Position numbers and translations under genes: made by a program. From an uncultured Eubacteriales bacterium (lineage in GTDB: Bacteria; Bacillota; Peptococcia; Peptococcales; SKKY01), in contig CAZNNQ010000005.1 in NCBI GenBank assembly GCA_964574445.1, positions 5,092 to 69,091 on the forward strand: a stretch of 64,000 bases of DNA, read 5' to 3'. The notes under the pieces are model-generated. The model was not told the DNA's origin. It ran no database searches and was given only the letters and a program-made list of their open reading frames with translations. Within the stretch, counting starts at the first letter, position 1. Every line of letters begins with the position of its first letter. Below are positions 39,540 through 50,463 of this stretch, piece after piece.

Positions 39540-40649
39540 GTGAATTTAGATTTAATTGAGGCTATTAAAGAGATAGAGAAAGAAAAAGGTATTGATCCAG
39601 AGGTAATATATCAAGCTATTACAGAATCTCTTCTTGCTTATTACAAAAAAAATGCTGGTAAAAATCCAAATGTAAATAACATAAATGTTTATCTTAATAG
39701 AGAAACAGGAGAACTACGTATTATTGAAAAAAGGCTTATAGTTGAAGAAATTACAGATGACAAAACAGAAATATCTCTTGAAGAAGCAAGGGAAATAAAT
39801 CATATCTATCAAATAGGAGACTATGCTGAGATTGATGTAACTCCTAAAGATTATGGAAGGGTAGTTGCTCAATCTGTAAAGAATTCAGTTATTCAAAAAG
39901 TTAGAGAAGCAGAAAGAGATATTATTTATGATGAGTACATTGGTAAAGAAGGCGATATTGTAAATGGTATCGTCCAAAGAATAGATAACAAGACAGCTTA
40001 TGTTGACCTTGGTAAAGTAGAAGCAATCCTTCTTCCTAGTGAACAAATGGATGGTGAGTTTCTTGAAGTTCATCAGAGAATAAAAGCATATGTCCTTGAA
40101 GTAAGAAAAACCACCAAGGGACCTCAAGTTTTAATTTCTCGTTCTCATCCTGGATTACTTAAAAGGCTTTTTGAACTTGAAGTTCCAGAAATTCATGATG
40201 GGGTAGTTGAGATAAAAGCGATTGCAAGAGAAGCCGGCAGCCGTTCTAAGATTGCAGTATATTCTAATGACGAAAATGTTGATCCTGTCGGAGCTTGTGT
40301 TGGTCCAAAAGGATCAAGAGTACAGATTATCGTGGATGAATTAAAAGGGGAAAAGATAGATATAGTAAATTGGAGTGAAGACATCGCAGAGTTTATAAAA
40401 AATGCTTTAAGTCCATCAAAAGTTTACGAAGTAACAGTTTATGAAGAAGATAAGAAGGCGAGTGTTGTTGTTCCGGATTATCAACTTTCTTTAGCCATTG
40501 GAAAAGAAGGACAGAATGCTCGATTAGCTGCAAAACTAACTACTTGGAAGATAGATATTAAGAGCGAAACTCAGCATAGTGAAATGATAGGAGACTTTGA
40601 TATCGAAGATTTTGAAGAAGAGGAAAGTAATGATGAAGAAAACTCCTAA
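39540..40649 (+). CDS. nusA: transcription termination/antitermination factor NusA
   Basis: S1 and two KH domains (GACVGPKGSRVQ and LAIGKEGQNARLA), plus an acidic tail. Confidence 0.95.
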   Translation: MNLDLIEAIKEIEKEKGIDPEVIYQAITESLLAYYKKNAGKNPNVNNINVYLNRETGELRIIEKRLIVEEITDDKTEISLEEAREINHIYQIGDYAEIDVTPKDYGRVVAQSVKNSVIQKVREAERDIIYDEYIGKEGDIVNGIVQRIDNKTAYVDLGKVEAILLPSEQMDGEFLEVHQRIKAYVLEVRKTTKGPQVLISRSHPGLLKRLFELEVPEIHDGVVEIKAIAREAGSRSKIAVYSNDENVDPVGACVGPKGSRVQIIVDELKGEKIDIVNWSEDIAEFIKNALSPSKVYEVTVYEEDKKASVVVPDYQLSLAIGKEGQNARLAAKLTTWKIDIKSETQHSEMIGDFDIEDFEEEESNDEENS

Positions 40650-40893
40650 AAGAATGTGTGTTTCTTGTAGAGAAATGTTTGAAAAAAAAGCTCTAAGAAG
40701 AATAGTTAGAACACCAGAAGGTGAAATAGTGTATGATCCTACTGGAAAAAAATCAGGTAAAGGTGCATATATATGTACAAATCCGGATTGTTTTGCCAAA
40801 ATAAAAAAGGGCAAAATTCTTGAAAAAACCTTTAAAATGGAGGTTCCTAAGGATATTTATAATGAATTGGAGGAAATTTTAAAGGATGAATAA
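40630..40893 (+). CDS. ylxR: YlxR-family (DUF448) RNA-binding protein
   Basis: PKRMCVSCREMFEKKALRRIV and GKGAYIC motifs. ATG 40630 overlaps the nusA stop. Confidence 0.85.
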   Translation: MMKKTPKRMCVSCREMFEKKALRRIVRTPEGEIVYDPTGKKSGKGAYICTNPDCFAKIKKGKILEKTFKMEVPKDIYNELEEILKDE

Positions 40894-41185
40894 AAAATTC
40901 TTAACTCTTCTTGGTTTTGCAAAAAAAGCAAATCATACTACTTCCGGTGAAGAAGGGGTTAAAGCATTTATATATAAAGATAAAATTAAGCTGCTTATAA
41001 TAGCTGAAGATTATCCAGAAAAGCGAAAAGTTTTCTGGAAAGATATCGCTAATAGCTTGAATATAGATTTTATTGAAATATGCGACAAAGAAAGTCTGGG
41101 AAGAGCAATTGGGACATCCCCCAGAGCACTTGTGGGAATTCTTGATGAAAAGATGGCAGAGTCGCTTAAAAATACAGTAAATTAG
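40886..41185 (+). CDS. L7Ae-family K-turn-binding protein (YlxQ-like)
   Basis: 99 aa. Located between ylxR and infB. Contains the LLGFAKKANHTTSG motif. Confidence 0.8.
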   Translation: MNKKFLTLLGFAKKANHTTSGEEGVKAFIYKDKIKLLIIAEDYPEKRKVFWKDIANSLNIDFIEICDKESLGRAIGTSPRALVGILDEKMAESLKNTVN

Positions 41186-41203
41186 TTTCGGAGGTGAAGG
41201 GTA

Positions 41204-43960
41204 TTGTCAAAATTGAGAGTACATGAAATAGCAAAAGAAATAAATGTACCTAGTAAAGATTTGGTGGAAAAATTGCAGGCAAAAGGATTTGACGTGAAAA
41301 ATCATATGAGCACTTTGTCAGAGAAAGAAGTGGGGACTATAAAAGAAATTTTTTCCGAAAAAAAAGAAGAAACAAAAGAAATTAAAGTTGCAAAAGAAGT
41401 AAAAGAAACAAAGGATGTAAAGCCAGTTACAACATCTGAGGCACCAAAACCTGTAACAAGAGATTTTAGAAGTGATGATAAAAAATCTCAGTACGACAAA
41501 AATAAACGACCTCCTCAAGGTAAAACAACAAGTTTTAGAGATGGAAAACCTTCTGAGGGAAGAACTACTAGTTTCAGAGATCAACAGCCAAGTGGAGGGT
41601 ATAAGGGTACAAAACCACCTTATAACAAGGATGGACAAAACAGACCACCTTATACACAAAACAGACCTACAACACAAGGTCAAACCGGTCAAAGTAGACC
41701 TGTAACTGGAACAGGAACAAAGCCAGCTTATGGCACAACTCAAAGACCTCCTTACAATAAGGATAGACAAACAGGTCAACAAGGCCAGTCGCAAGGTGGA
41801 AAGCCAACTTATGGTCAAGGTACTTCAAGACCTTCTTATGGCCAAGGCGGCCAAAGACCTCCTTATAACAAGGATGGTCAGGGTGGTCAAAGACCTCCAT
41901 ACAATAAAGACGGTCAAAAATCTTCTTATGGTCAAGGTGGTCAAAGACCTCAAACTGGAGGAAGACCTCCATTTAAGCAAGATAAAAAACCGGGACCAAC
42001 AAAAGATTTCAGAGCGGAACCTGTTGTAGCGGAAAAAGTAGAAAAAGATGTAAAATCTAATTATGGAAATAGAAAAAGAGATAAGTTAAAAGATGTAAAA
42101 AGTATAGATAAAAAAGAAAAAATTTCTATTGATAAAGTTTTTGCAAAGAAAAAAGGAAGACCTCAAGTTAAACGTCCACAAAAAGTTCATGTTCCAGCTC
42201 CTGAAGTAAAAAGACATGTAATTATTGAAGATGTACTTACAGTTCAAGAACTTGCTTCCCAATTAGGCAAAAAATCAACAGAGATTATTAAATCATTAAT
42301 GAATCTAGGAATTATGGCTACTATTAATGAATCCCTAGATGAAGATACTATTCAAATTATTGCTGAAGAATTTGGTGCTACATTTGAAAAAAGAGAAACT
42401 AAAGAAGAAAGACTATTTGCTGAAATTGAAGATTCAGAAGAATCTCTAGTTTCAAGACCTCCTGTTGTTACGATAATGGGTCACGTTGATCATGGTAAGA
42501 CTTCTTTACTTGATAAAATTCGTTCTGCCAACGTTATAGCTACTGAAGCCGGAGGAATTACACAGCATATAGGTGCTTATCAAGTAGAAATAAAAAAACA
42601 AAAGATTACTTTCCTTGATACTCCAGGTCACGAAGCCTTTACTCAAATGAGAGCAAGGGGAGCACAAGTTACAGATATATCAATTCTTGTTGTTGCTGCA
42701 GATGATGGTGTTATGCCTCAGACAATTGAAGCTATTCACCATGCTAAAGCTGCAAAAGTTCCTATAATAGTTGCAATAAATAAAATAGACAAGCCTGGAG
42801 CAAATACAGAGAAAATTAAACAAGAACTTACAGAACACGGCCTGGTTGCAGAAGATTGGGGCGGAGACATTATTATGGTTCCTGTATCTGCAATGACAGG
42901 AGAGGGTATTGATACTCTTTTAGAGATGATTGTTTTGGTTTCAGAAGTTGCTGAACTTAAATCAAATCCAGACAGAAGAGCAAGCGGAGTTGTTATTGAG
43001 TCAAAACTGGACAAAGGCAGAGGTAGTGTTGCGACTGTTCTAGTTCAAAAAGGTACTTTGTATGTTGGAGACTTCCTTGTTGCAGGAACTACAATGGGTA
43101 AAGTAAGGGCCATGTTTGATTATGTTGGAAGAAAAATCAAAAAAGCTGGACCTTCTACACCAGTTGAAGTATTGGGATTAAGTGATGTACCAGAAGCTGG
43201 AGACGAATTCCTTGTTGCTGAAGATGAAAAACTAGCAAAAGTAGTTGTAGAAAGAAAACTTAAAGATAGACATATTAAAGATATAAATAAAGGTAACAAA
43301 GTAACTCTTGATGATGTATTTGCAAAAATTAAAGATGGAGAAATAAAGGATCTTAACATTGTTTTAAAGGCTGATGTTCAAGGTTCTATTGAGGCAATCA
43401 AGCAATCTCTAGATAAATTAAGTAATGATGAAGTAAGAGTTAATGTTATTCACGCTGCAGTAGGTGGAATTAAAGAGACTGATGTTATGTTAGCTTCAGC
43501 TTCAAATGCGATTATTATCGGCTTTAATGTAAGACCAGATGTTAATTCAAGAAAAGTTGCAGAAAAAGAATCTGTAGACATTAGATTATATAGAATAATT
43601 TATGATGCTATTGAAGATGTTAAAGCTGCTTTAACAGGACTTCTTTCACCAGAAATCAGGGAGAAAGATTTAGGTTCTGCTGAAGTTAGAATGATTATCA
43701 GAGTACCAAAAGTTGGTAATATTGCCGGTTCTTATATAACTGAGGGTAAGTTTACTAGAAATGCTAGAGTTAGAGTTGTTCGTGATAGTGTTGTAATTTT
43801 TGATGGATCAATTGATGCTTTAAAGAGATTTAAAGATGATGTAAAAGAGGTTCAGGCTGGATATGAATGTGGTATTAGTATAAAAAATTACAATGATTTC
43901 AGAGAAGGGGATATTCTGGAAGCCTATGAAATGCAAGAAATCAAAAGGGAATTAGAATAA
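41204..43960 (+). CDS. infB: translation initiation factor IF-2 with a long repetitive P/Q/G-rich N-terminal region
   Basis: G domain motifs [17 protein letters not shown] and NKID. N-terminal repeats of (G)[11 protein letters not shown] and TTSFRD. Confidence 0.95.
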   Translation: MSKLRVHEIAKEINVPSKDLVEKLQAKGFDVKNHMSTLSEKEVGTIKEIFSEKKEETKEIKVAKEVKETKDVKPVTTSEAPKPVTRDFRSDDKKSQYDKNKRPPQGKTTSFRDGKPSEGRTTSFRDQQPSGGYKGTKPPYNKDGQNRPPYTQNRPTTQGQTGQSRPVTGTGTKPAYGTTQRPPYNKDRQTGQQGQSQGGKPTYGQGTSRPSYGQGGQRPPYNKDGQGGQRPPYNKDGQKSSYGQGGQRPQTGGRPPFKQDKKPGPTKDFRAEPVVAEKVEKDVKSNYGNRKRDKLKDVKSIDKKEKISIDKVFAKKKGRPQVKRPQKVHVPAPEVKRHVIIEDVLTVQELASQLGKKSTEIIKSLMNLGIMATINESLDEDTIQIIAEEFGATFEKRETKEERLFAEIEDSEESLVSRPPVVTIMGHVDHGKTSLLDKIRSANVIATEAGGITQHIGAYQVEIKKQKITFLDTPGHEAFTQMRARGAQVTDISILVVAADDGVMPQTIEAIHHAKAAKVPIIVAINKIDKPGANTEKIKQELTEHGLVAEDWGGDIIMVPVSAMTGEGIDTLLEMIVLVSEVAELKSNPDRRASGVVIESKLDKGRGSVATVLVQKGTLYVGDFLVAGTTMGKVRAMFDYVGRKIKKAGPSTPVEVLGLSDVPEAGDEFLVAEDEKLAKVVVERKLKDRHIKDINKGNKVTLDDVFAKIKDGEIKDLNIVLKADVQGSIEAIKQSLDKLSNDEVRVNVIHAAVGGIKETDVMLASASNAIIIGFNVRPDVNSRKVAEKESVDIRLYRIIYDAIEDVKAALTGLLSPEIREKDLGSAEVRMIIRVPKVGNIAGSYITEGKFTRNARVRVVRDSVVIFDGSIDALKRFKDDVKEVQAGYECGISIKNYNDFREGDILEAYEMQEIKRELE

Positions 43961-43983
43961 CCTCTTGGAAGTGAGGTAATAAT

Positions 43984-44343
43984 ATGGCAGGACATAGAAA
44001 TAAAAGATTACAAGAAGAAGTAAGAAGAGATGTTTCATATATTATTAGTACAAAAGTGAAGGATCCTTTGATAAGAGAAAAAGTTGTAGTTACAAGTGTA
44101 GATCTTACAAATGATTTAAGTTTCGCTAAGGTATATGTTAGTACCGGAGGACATCCTGAATTATTAGACTCTTTAAAAAAAGCTGCAGGCTTTATTAGAA
44201 AAGAACTTTCTCAAAAAATGACAACTAGGATAACTCCAGAGTTATTATTTGAAAATGATGAGTCTTTGGAGTATGGTGCAAAAATTGAAAAAATTCTTGC
44301 AGACTTGAATAAGGAGTCAAAGAAAAATGAAGAAAATAGCTAA
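43984..44343 (+). CDS. rbfA: ribosome-binding factor A
   Basis: 119 aa. Contains the VTSVDLTNDLSFAKVYV motif. Confidence 0.9.
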   Translation: MAGHRNKRLQEEVRRDVSYIISTKVKDPLIREKVVVTSVDLTNDLSFAKVYVSTGGHPELLDSLKKAAGFIRKELSQKMTTRITPELLFENDESLEYGAKIEKILADLNKESKKNEENS

Positions 44344-45274
44344 ATTATTAAAAGAATCAGAAAATATAGCTATTATTTCACATAAGAATCCAGATGGTGA
44401 TGCAATAGGATCTCAGTTAGGTCTTGCTTTGGCATTGGAAAAAGAGGGGAAGAAAGTATCTTGTTATAATGAGGGAGAAATCCCTGATTACCTCTTTTTC
44501 CTTCCTGGATCTGAAAAAATAAAAATATATAATAATGAAGATCTAATGGATCACATAGTTGTATATGTTGATTGTGCGGTAGGTGCTAGAACTGGAATAC
44601 CTCTTTCTGAGGGAATAACAGTTAACATAGATCATCATGTTAGTAATGATAATTTTGCTAAATTTAATCTTGTTGACACAAAGGCAGCCTCGACAGGAGA
44701 AATAATTTTTAATTTGTTACTTGAGATGGAAATTGAGTTAGATGGGGATATTGCAACATCTCTATACACTGCAGTAAGTACAGATACAGGTTCATTCATG
44801 TATTCAAATACTACTGAAAATACGCATCTTATTGCAGCAGAACTAATAAAAAGTGGTGCTGACACAAAAGGTTTAAGAGAGAACTTCTATGAGGGTGTAT
44901 CTTTGAAACGTTTTAAGTTAACCAAATATGCTTATCAGGAAGTTAAATTTGACTGCAACAATCTTTTAGCTTGGGTCAAAATTCCGTTGAAACTTATTGT
45001 GGAATTAGGTGCAAAAGAAGAGGAAACAGAGGGAGTTGTTGGACATCTAAGAAATATTAAAGATGTTGAAATAGCTTTGCTTTTAAAAGAAAGAGAAGGC
45101 GGGATCGTAAAGGGCAGTCTTCGTTCAAAGAATCTTATTAATGTTAGTAATGTTGCTGAAGTTTTTGGTGGCGGAGGACATAAGAGAGCTGCGGGTTTTG
45201 AAATTTTTGGTACCTTGGAAGAAGTTGAAGAAAAGGTTATTTCAGTAATTAAAAAGGAATTAGAAAATGTTTAA
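44327..45274 (+). CDS. nrnA: DHH/DHHA1 phosphoesterase (NrnA-type oligoribonuclease / pAp phosphatase)
   Basis: HKNPDGDAIGS, NIDHHVSN and GGGHKRAAG motifs. Confidence 0.85.
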   Translation: MKKIAKLLKESENIAIISHKNPDGDAIGSQLGLALALEKEGKKVSCYNEGEIPDYLFFLPGSEKIKIYNNEDLMDHIVVYVDCAVGARTGIPLSEGITVNIDHHVSNDNFAKFNLVDTKAASTGEIIFNLLLEMEIELDGDIATSLYTAVSTDTGSFMYSNTTENTHLIAAELIKSGADTKGLRENFYEGVSLKRFKLTKYAYQEVKFDCNNLLAWVKIPLKLIVELGAKEEETEGVVGHLRNIKDVEIALLLKEREGGIVKGSLRSKNLINVSNVAEVFGGGGHKRAAGFEIFGTLEEVEEKVISVIKKELENV

Positions 45275-46145
45275 TGGAGTTTTAAATATATATAAAACCA
45301 AGGGTTTTACTTCTCATGATATAGTTAATAAAGTAAGAAGAATAGCAGGTATGAAGAAAGTTGGGCACACAGGGACATTAGATCCAATGGCTGAGGGTGT
45401 CCTTCCTGTTTGTCTGGGGAAGGCTACGAGGATTGCCGAATATCTTACTGGAGAAGAAAAAGAATATATTGCCGAAGTTACACTTGGATTTGAAACGGAT
45501 ACCTTAGATGCGGAAGGTGAAGTTACTAAGGAATGTCCAGTCCCCCAACTAACAAGGGACATTGTAAATGCTGCTGTAAAAGATTTTATTGGGGAGCAGA
45601 TACAAATTCCGCCAATGTATTCTGCAATAAAAAAAGATGGTAAACCTCTTTATAGATATGCTAGGGAGGGAATCGATTTTGAAATACCGGGTAGGAAAAT
45701 AACTATCAATTATATTCAATTAATTTCTTTTGATCATAATAAATTTAGAATTAGAGTTGGGTGCAGCAAAGGGACATACATCCGGTCTTTAGCAAGAGAT
45801 TTAGGAACAAAACTTGGGAGCTGTGCACATTTAACGTACCTGTTAAGGTCGAAGAGCGGCAGTTTTACTGAGGAAAATGCTGTTACTCTTGAAAGACTTC
45901 AAGAAGAGGGTGTGGATAAGCATCTTATTAGTATAGATGAGGCGATCCCAGAATTTTTTTCAGTAAAGCTTAATGAAGAAAATAGTAGTAAAGCGTCACT
46001 AGGAAATTTTATTCTTCTAGACAAAGAAACATATTTCGATATTCCGGATTCTAATCAGGTTAAAATATTTGCCTTTGATGGCTCTCTTATTGGTCTTGGT
46101 ACTATAGAATCAATGGTTCTTAAACCAAAAAAAGTATTTGTTTAA
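45267..46145 (+). CDS. truB: tRNA pseudouridine(55) synthase
   Basis: GHTGTLDPMAEGVLPV catalytic Asp motif. Confidence 0.95.
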   Translation: MFNGVLNIYKTKGFTSHDIVNKVRRIAGMKKVGHTGTLDPMAEGVLPVCLGKATRIAEYLTGEEKEYIAEVTLGFETDTLDAEGEVTKECPVPQLTRDIVNAAVKDFIGEQIQIPPMYSAIKKDGKPLYRYAREGIDFEIPGRKITINYIQLISFDHNKFRIRVGCSKGTYIRSLARDLGTKLGSCAHLTYLLRSKSGSFTEENAVTLERLQEEGVDKHLISIDEAIPEFFSVKLNEENSSKASLGNFILLDKETYFDIPDSNQVKIFAFDGSLIGLGTIESMVLKPKKVFV

Positions 46146-47081
46146 TTGAGGTTGATTTTGTTGAAAATATATCATGGTTTGGAAAAAGTAGATAATTCAC
46201 CAAAAATAGTCACTCTTGGTAATTTTGATGGAGTGCATAAAGGACATAAGGAATTAATAAAGAAAGCAGTAGAAATTGGGAAAGAAAAAGAGATTCCTAG
46301 TTTTGTTGTATCTTTTTTCCCACACCCTAGATTATTTTTTAATGAAGAACTTAAATATATAAACACGCTGAAGGAAAAAAATAGAAATATTGAGAAACTT
46401 GGAATAGATGCTCTTGTTGTTCTAGAATTCAATAAAGATATTGCTTCATTAACAAGAGAAAATTTTGTTAAAGAAATTTTATACAATAAATTAAATGCAA
46501 AAGCAGTAGTTGTTGGTTTTGACTTTCTTTTTGGAAAAAATCGAGAGGGTAACCCAGAGAACTTAATTGAAACAGCTGCTCAATATGGTATTGAAGTATA
46601 TGTTGTTCCCCCAGTAGAAATTAATAATCAAAGAATAAGTAGTTCTTTAATTAGAAAATTTTATGATGCTGGGGAAATTGATAAGGCAAAGGAATTTTTA
46701 GGATATTATCCAGAAATCACTGGGAAAGTTGTGAGAGGAAAACAAATTGGAAAAAGCATTGGTTTTCCTACAGCAAATATTGATTATGATAAAGATCAAT
46801 TAATTCCAGGAAATGGTGTATACGCAGTTAAAATATGTATTAAAAACGAAAGTTATTTTGGTACTGCAAATGTTGGAGTAAAACCTACAGTAAAAGAAGA
46901 TAGTAAGGTTGAAGTCGAAGTTCATATAATAGATTATGACGGAGATATTTATGATGAAGAAGTTTCATTAGTTTTTATTGGTAAAATAAGAAATGAAAAA
47001 AAGTTTTCTTCTCTAGAAGAATTAAAAAATCAGATTGATAATGACATCATTTTTGCAATAAAAAAATATTGCCTAAAATGA
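46146..47081 (+). CDS. ribF: bifunctional riboflavin kinase / FAD synthetase
   Basis: GNFDGVHKGH and GFPTANI motifs. The start is uncertain: TTG codons at 46146, 46152, 46158 and 46161 follow GAGG. Confidence 0.9.
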   Translation: MRLILLKIYHGLEKVDNSPKIVTLGNFDGVHKGHKELIKKAVEIGKEKEIPSFVVSFFPHPRLFFNEELKYINTLKEKNRNIEKLGIDALVVLEFNKDIASLTRENFVKEILYNKLNAKAVVVGFDFLFGKNREGNPENLIETAAQYGIEVYVVPPVEINNQRISSSLIRKFYDAGEIDKAKEFLGYYPEITGKVVRGKQIGKSIGFPTANIDYDKDQLIPGNGVYAVKICIKNESYFGTANVGVKPTVKEDSKVEVEVHIIDYDGDIYDEEVSLVFIGKIRNEKKFSSLEELKNQIDNDIIFAIKKYCLK

Positions 47082-47180
47082 GAAAATTATATATAATTAC
47101 AAGTTGAGAAAACCTTTACTAAGAAAGTAGACACGCCGACTTCTTTCCTGGTTTAGGGACAAATTTTGGAGGTGTAAATA

Positions 47181-47450
47181 ATGGCGTTAGACAAAGAGAA
47201 AAAAGCAGCGATTATTCAGGAGTATAAGGCACATGAGACTGATACAGGTTCACCTGAAGTTCAGATCGCAATGCTTTCAGACAGAATTAATTATTTAACA
47301 GAACATTTAAAAATGCATAAGAAGGACCACCACTCACGTCGTGGATTATTAAAAATGGTTGGTAAAAGACGTAATTTATTAAATTATATCAAGAAAAAAG
47401 ATTTCGACAGATATCGTACAATCATTTCAAAATTAGGACTTCGCAGATAG
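47181..47450 (+). CDS. rpsO: 30S ribosomal protein S15
   Basis: 89 aa. Contains [35 protein letters not shown]. Confidence 0.97.
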   Translation: MALDKEKKAAIIQEYKAHETDTGSPEVQIAMLSDRINYLTEHLKMHKKDHHSRRGLLKMVGKRRNLLNYIKKKDFDRYRTIISKLGLRR

Positions 47451-47459
47451 GATAGTTGT

Positions 47460-47486
47460 AAAGAGCGGTATTTACCGCTCTTTTTA
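47460..47486 (+). terminator. intrinsic terminator after rpsO
   Basis: AAGAGCGGTA-ttt-TACCGCTCTT hairpin followed by a T-run. Confidence 0.85.
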
Positions 47487-47501
47487 TTAGGAGGAAATAA
47501 A

Positions 47502-49619
47502 ATGAGTCAAAATATTTTAAGAAAAGGACTTATTGTAGGCGGCAGAGAGATGCTTTTCGAAACAGGACGTTTAGCTAAACAAGCAAGTGGTTCTGTTTTA
47601 GTTACTTACGGAGAAACAGTTGTTAATGCTACTGCAACAGGTTCAAAAGAACCAAAAGAAGGGTTAGATTTTTTCCCTTTAACTTGTGATTATGAAGAAA
47701 GACAATATGCGGCAGGAAAAATCCCTGGAGGATTTATTAAAAGAGAAGGACGTCCAAGTGAAAAAGCAACTTTAAATAGTCGTTTGATGGATAGACCAAT
47801 TCGTCCTTTATTCCCTGATGGATATAGAAATGATGTTCAGGTTGTAGCTATGGTTTTATCTGTTGATATGGAAAATCCACCAGAAATGGCTGCTATGAAT
47901 GGTGCATCTGCTGCCCTTCACATCTCTCACATTCCTTTTCAAGAGCCAATTGGAGCTGTAATAATGGGTCTTGTAGATGGAGAACTTGTTGTAAACCCAA
48001 ATAGAGAGCAAACAGAAAAATCTGATCTACACTTAGTTGTTGCAGGAACAAAAGATGCAGTAATGATGGTTGAAGCAGGAGCAAATGAAATTTCTGAAGA
48101 AAAAATTCTTGAAGCAATTTTAACAGGTCACGATGAAATCAAAAAAATTGTGGCATTTATTGAAGAATTTAGACAAGAAGCTTTAGAAATGGGACTTGCA
48201 AAAGAAAAAGAAATTCCAAAACTTGCTATTCCAGCTGAGGAATTAGTTGAGAAGGTTAGACAGGTTTCTTACGATAAGCTTTATGAAGCTGTTAAAACAC
48301 CTGATAAGCAAGGAAGAGAAGAAGAAATCAAAAAAGTCAGAGATGAACTTTTAGAAACATTAAAAGAAGATCACCCAGATGATGAAAAGGAAATTAAAGG
48401 AATCTTTGGTTCTTTGACAAAAGAAATTGTAAGAAAATTAATTACAGTTGAAAAAATTAGACCAGATGGTAGAGCTACTGATGAAATCAGACCAATAACT
48501 TGTGAAGTTGGCGTTCTTCCAAGACCCCATGGTTCAGGTTTATTTACCAGAGGACAAACTCAGGTTCTTTCAGTTGTCGCACTTGGTGCTTTAGGTGAAG
48601 AACAGATTATTGATGGTATTGGTACTGAAGAGTCTAAGAGATATATTCACCATTATAATTTTCCACCATTCAGTGTTGGAGAGGCTAGACCAATGCGTTC
48701 TCCAGGTAGAAGAGAGATTGGACATGGTGCTTTAGCTGAGAGAGCTTTAGAACCAGTTATTCCTAGTCCAGAGGACTTCCCGTACACTATTAGAATTGTG
48801 TCTGATTGTTTTGAGTCAAATGGTTCAACATCACAGGCATCAGTTTGTGGAAGTACTTTATCTTTAATGGATGCAGGTGTTCCTATTAAGAAACCAGTTG
48901 CTGGTATTGCGATGGGTCTTGTAAAACAAGGAGAAAACTTTGCAATTCTTACAGATATTCAAGGTATGGAAGATGCTCTCGGAGATATGGATTTTAAAGT
49001 TGCGGGTACAAAAGATGGTGTCACTGCAATTCAAATGGATATTAAAGTTGACGGTTTAAGCAGAGAGATTCTTGAAGAAGCTCTTACTCAAGCTTTAAAA
49101 GGAAGATTGTTTATTTTAGATAAAATGCTTGCAGTTATCTCTGAACCAAGAAAAGAACTTTCACCATATGCTCCAAGAATAATCACTTTAAAGGTACATC
49201 AGGATAAAATTAGAGATATAATCGGTCCTGGTGGAAAAATGATTAAGAAAATTGTTGAGATTACAGGTGTTAAAATTGATATTGAAGATGATGGTACAGT
49301 TTATATTGTGTCACCTGATCAAGAAAAATCAGCACTTGCTGTTAAAATGATTGAAGATCTTACTCAAGAAGTTGAAGTAGGAAAAACATATATGGGTACT
49401 GTAAAGCGCCTTATGAATTTTGGAGCATTTGTTGAAGTGCTTCCAGGAAAAGAAGGTCTTGTGCATATTTCTCATCTTGCAAAAGAAAGAGTTAATAAAG
49501 TTGAAGACGTTGTTGCAGAAGGCGATAAACTTGAAGTTAAAGTAATTGAAATTGATAAGCAAGGAAGAATTAATCTTTCACACAAAGCAACACTTGTTAA
49601 TGATCAAAAAGCAGAATAA
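47502..49619 (+). CDS. pnp: polyribonucleotide nucleotidyltransferase (PNPase)
   Basis: 705 aa. Two RNase PH domains, then KH ([10 protein letters not shown]) and S1 ([15 protein letters not shown]) domains. Confidence 0.97.
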   Translation: MSQNILRKGLIVGGREMLFETGRLAKQASGSVLVTYGETVVNATATGSKEPKEGLDFFPLTCDYEERQYAAGKIPGGFIKREGRPSEKATLNSRLMDRPIRPLFPDGYRNDVQVVAMVLSVDMENPPEMAAMNGASAALHISHIPFQEPIGAVIMGLVDGELVVNPNREQTEKSDLHLVVAGTKDAVMMVEAGANEISEEKILEAILTGHDEIKKIVAFIEEFRQEALEMGLAKEKEIPKLAIPAEELVEKVRQVSYDKLYEAVKTPDKQGREEEIKKVRDELLETLKEDHPDDEKEIKGIFGSLTKEIVRKLITVEKIRPDGRATDEIRPITCEVGVLPRPHGSGLFTRGQTQVLSVVALGALGEEQIIDGIGTEESKRYIHHYNFPPFSVGEARPMRSPGRREIGHGALAERALEPVIPSPEDFPYTIRIVSDCFESNGSTSQASVCGSTLSLMDAGVPIKKPVAGIAMGLVKQGENFAILTDIQGMEDALGDMDFKVAGTKDGVTAIQMDIKVDGLSREILEEALTQALKGRLFILDKMLAVISEPRKELSPYAPRIITLKVHQDKIRDIIGPGGKMIKKIVEITGVKIDIEDDGTVYIVSPDQEKSALAVKMIEDLTQEVEVGKTYMGTVKRLMNFGAFVEVLPGKEGLVHISHLAKERVNKVEDVVAEGDKLEVKVIEIDKQGRINLSHKATLVNDQKAE

Positions 49620-49634
49620 GAAAACAAAAATATG

Positions 49635-49666
49635 AATAAACCGGTGAAAATCGGTTTATTTTTTTA
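49635..49666 (+). terminator. intrinsic terminator after pnp
   Basis: ATAAACCG-gtgaaaat-CGGTTTAT hairpin followed by a T-run. Confidence 0.85.
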
Positions 49667-49674
49667 TATCGGAG

Positions 49675-49759
49675 GGGACGCTTCCAATTGGCTCAACTTA
49701 TCCACAGGACTGAAAAAAGTATTACCCTGTGGATAAAGCGAGCCGGATGGAAGCGTCCC
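49675..49759. repeat. 85-bp imperfect palindrome containing two perfect, inverted DnaA-box 9-mers
   Basis: GGGACGCTTCCA (49675-86) pairs with TGGAAGCGTCCC (49748-59), and GGCTC (49690-94) pairs with GAGCC (49740-44). TTATCCACAGG (49698-49708) pairs with CCTGTGGATAA (49726-49736). TTATCCACA is the consensus DnaA box. Confidence 0.7.
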
Positions 49760-49770
49760 AGGAGGTTATT

Positions 49771-50133
49771 ATGGATAAATTAGATAAAATTTTTGATATG
49801 CAAAGTTTTCTTGATAATAAGATTACAAAAGAAAGAAATCTTTCCTATTCTAAGGAAGAGTGGATTCAGAAAGAAGTTCTTGCTATGATTTCAGAGCTTT
49901 CTGAAGTTCTTGATGAAGTGAATTTCAAATGGTGGAAAAACAAAAAAGAGATAGATGATACAAAATTAAAAGAAGAAATTGTTGATCTTCTTCACTTTCT
50001 CATTTCGATGTCTTTAAAGGCCGGAATGTCATCAGAGGAAATTTTTTCAATTTATATGAAGAAAAATGAAGAAAACATTAAAAGACAAGATGGAAAAACG
50101 GAAAAAGAAGGATATTTCCCCATTACTAATTGA
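49771..50133 (+). CDS. all-alpha NTP pyrophosphohydrolase (dimeric dUTPase / MazG-like family)
   Basis: I prefer ATG 49771, which lies after AGGAGG. Acidic helix motifs SELSEVLDE and EEIVDLLHF are typical of the superfamily. Confidence 0.6.
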   Translation: MDKLDKIFDMQSFLDNKITKERNLSYSKEEWIQKEVLAMISELSEVLDEVNFKWWKNKKEIDDTKLKEEIVDLLHFLISMSLKAGMSSEEIFSIYMKKNEENIKRQDGKTEKEGYFPITN

Positions 50134-50181
50134 CTTGATTGGTCTGTTATGCTAGAATCATGAAAAATTCAGAATTAAATA

Positions 50182-50442
50182 TGAAGACCTCATTCATCAG
50201 GATGGGGTAGAGGTTGCAGAGAATATAAGTATTGTTTTAGAGACTTTGAGGAGTCGTTGAAAAACAGGAAAGGATTTTCTGCCGAAGTGTTTATTCTCCT
50301 CAAAGAATAGGTGCTGGGGTTGCATTGAATAAGTGCAAAACTGTCGTCAGTTATCTGACGTTGAGCTACTTCAGATATGAATGTATCTTTTTAAGGGATT
50401 ATTAGGCCTAAAAGATATAATTTATCTTTTTGGCCTTTTTTT
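50182..50442 (+). promoter_or_regulatory. lysine riboswitch (L-box) with a terminator expression platform, controlling dapB-asd-dapA
   Basis: Conserved L-box elements are present: TAGAGGTTGC, AAGTA, GCCGAAG, CTGGGG, AACTGTC and TTGAGCTACTTCA, the last closing P1 with TGAAG at 50182. A terminator follows: AGGCCTAAAAGATA...TATCTTTTTGGCCT plus T7 (50403-50442). Lysine-pathway genes lie downstream. Confidence 0.85.
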
Positions 50443-50463
50443 AATATTTTGGAGGTGAAATTT

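Noticed and set aside
41318-42029. Four ORFs of 77-166 aa in alternative frames and strands within the 5' third of infB.
   Set aside because: They coincide exactly with the repetitive low-complexity IF-2 linker and have repetitive, biased translations. They lack ribosome-binding sites.
47082-47180. A possible S15 autoregulatory leader upstream of rpsO.
   Set aside because: Only a weak bulged hairpin (around 47121-47146) is visible. I cannot support a three-way junction or pseudoknot by eye, so it is not reported as a feature.
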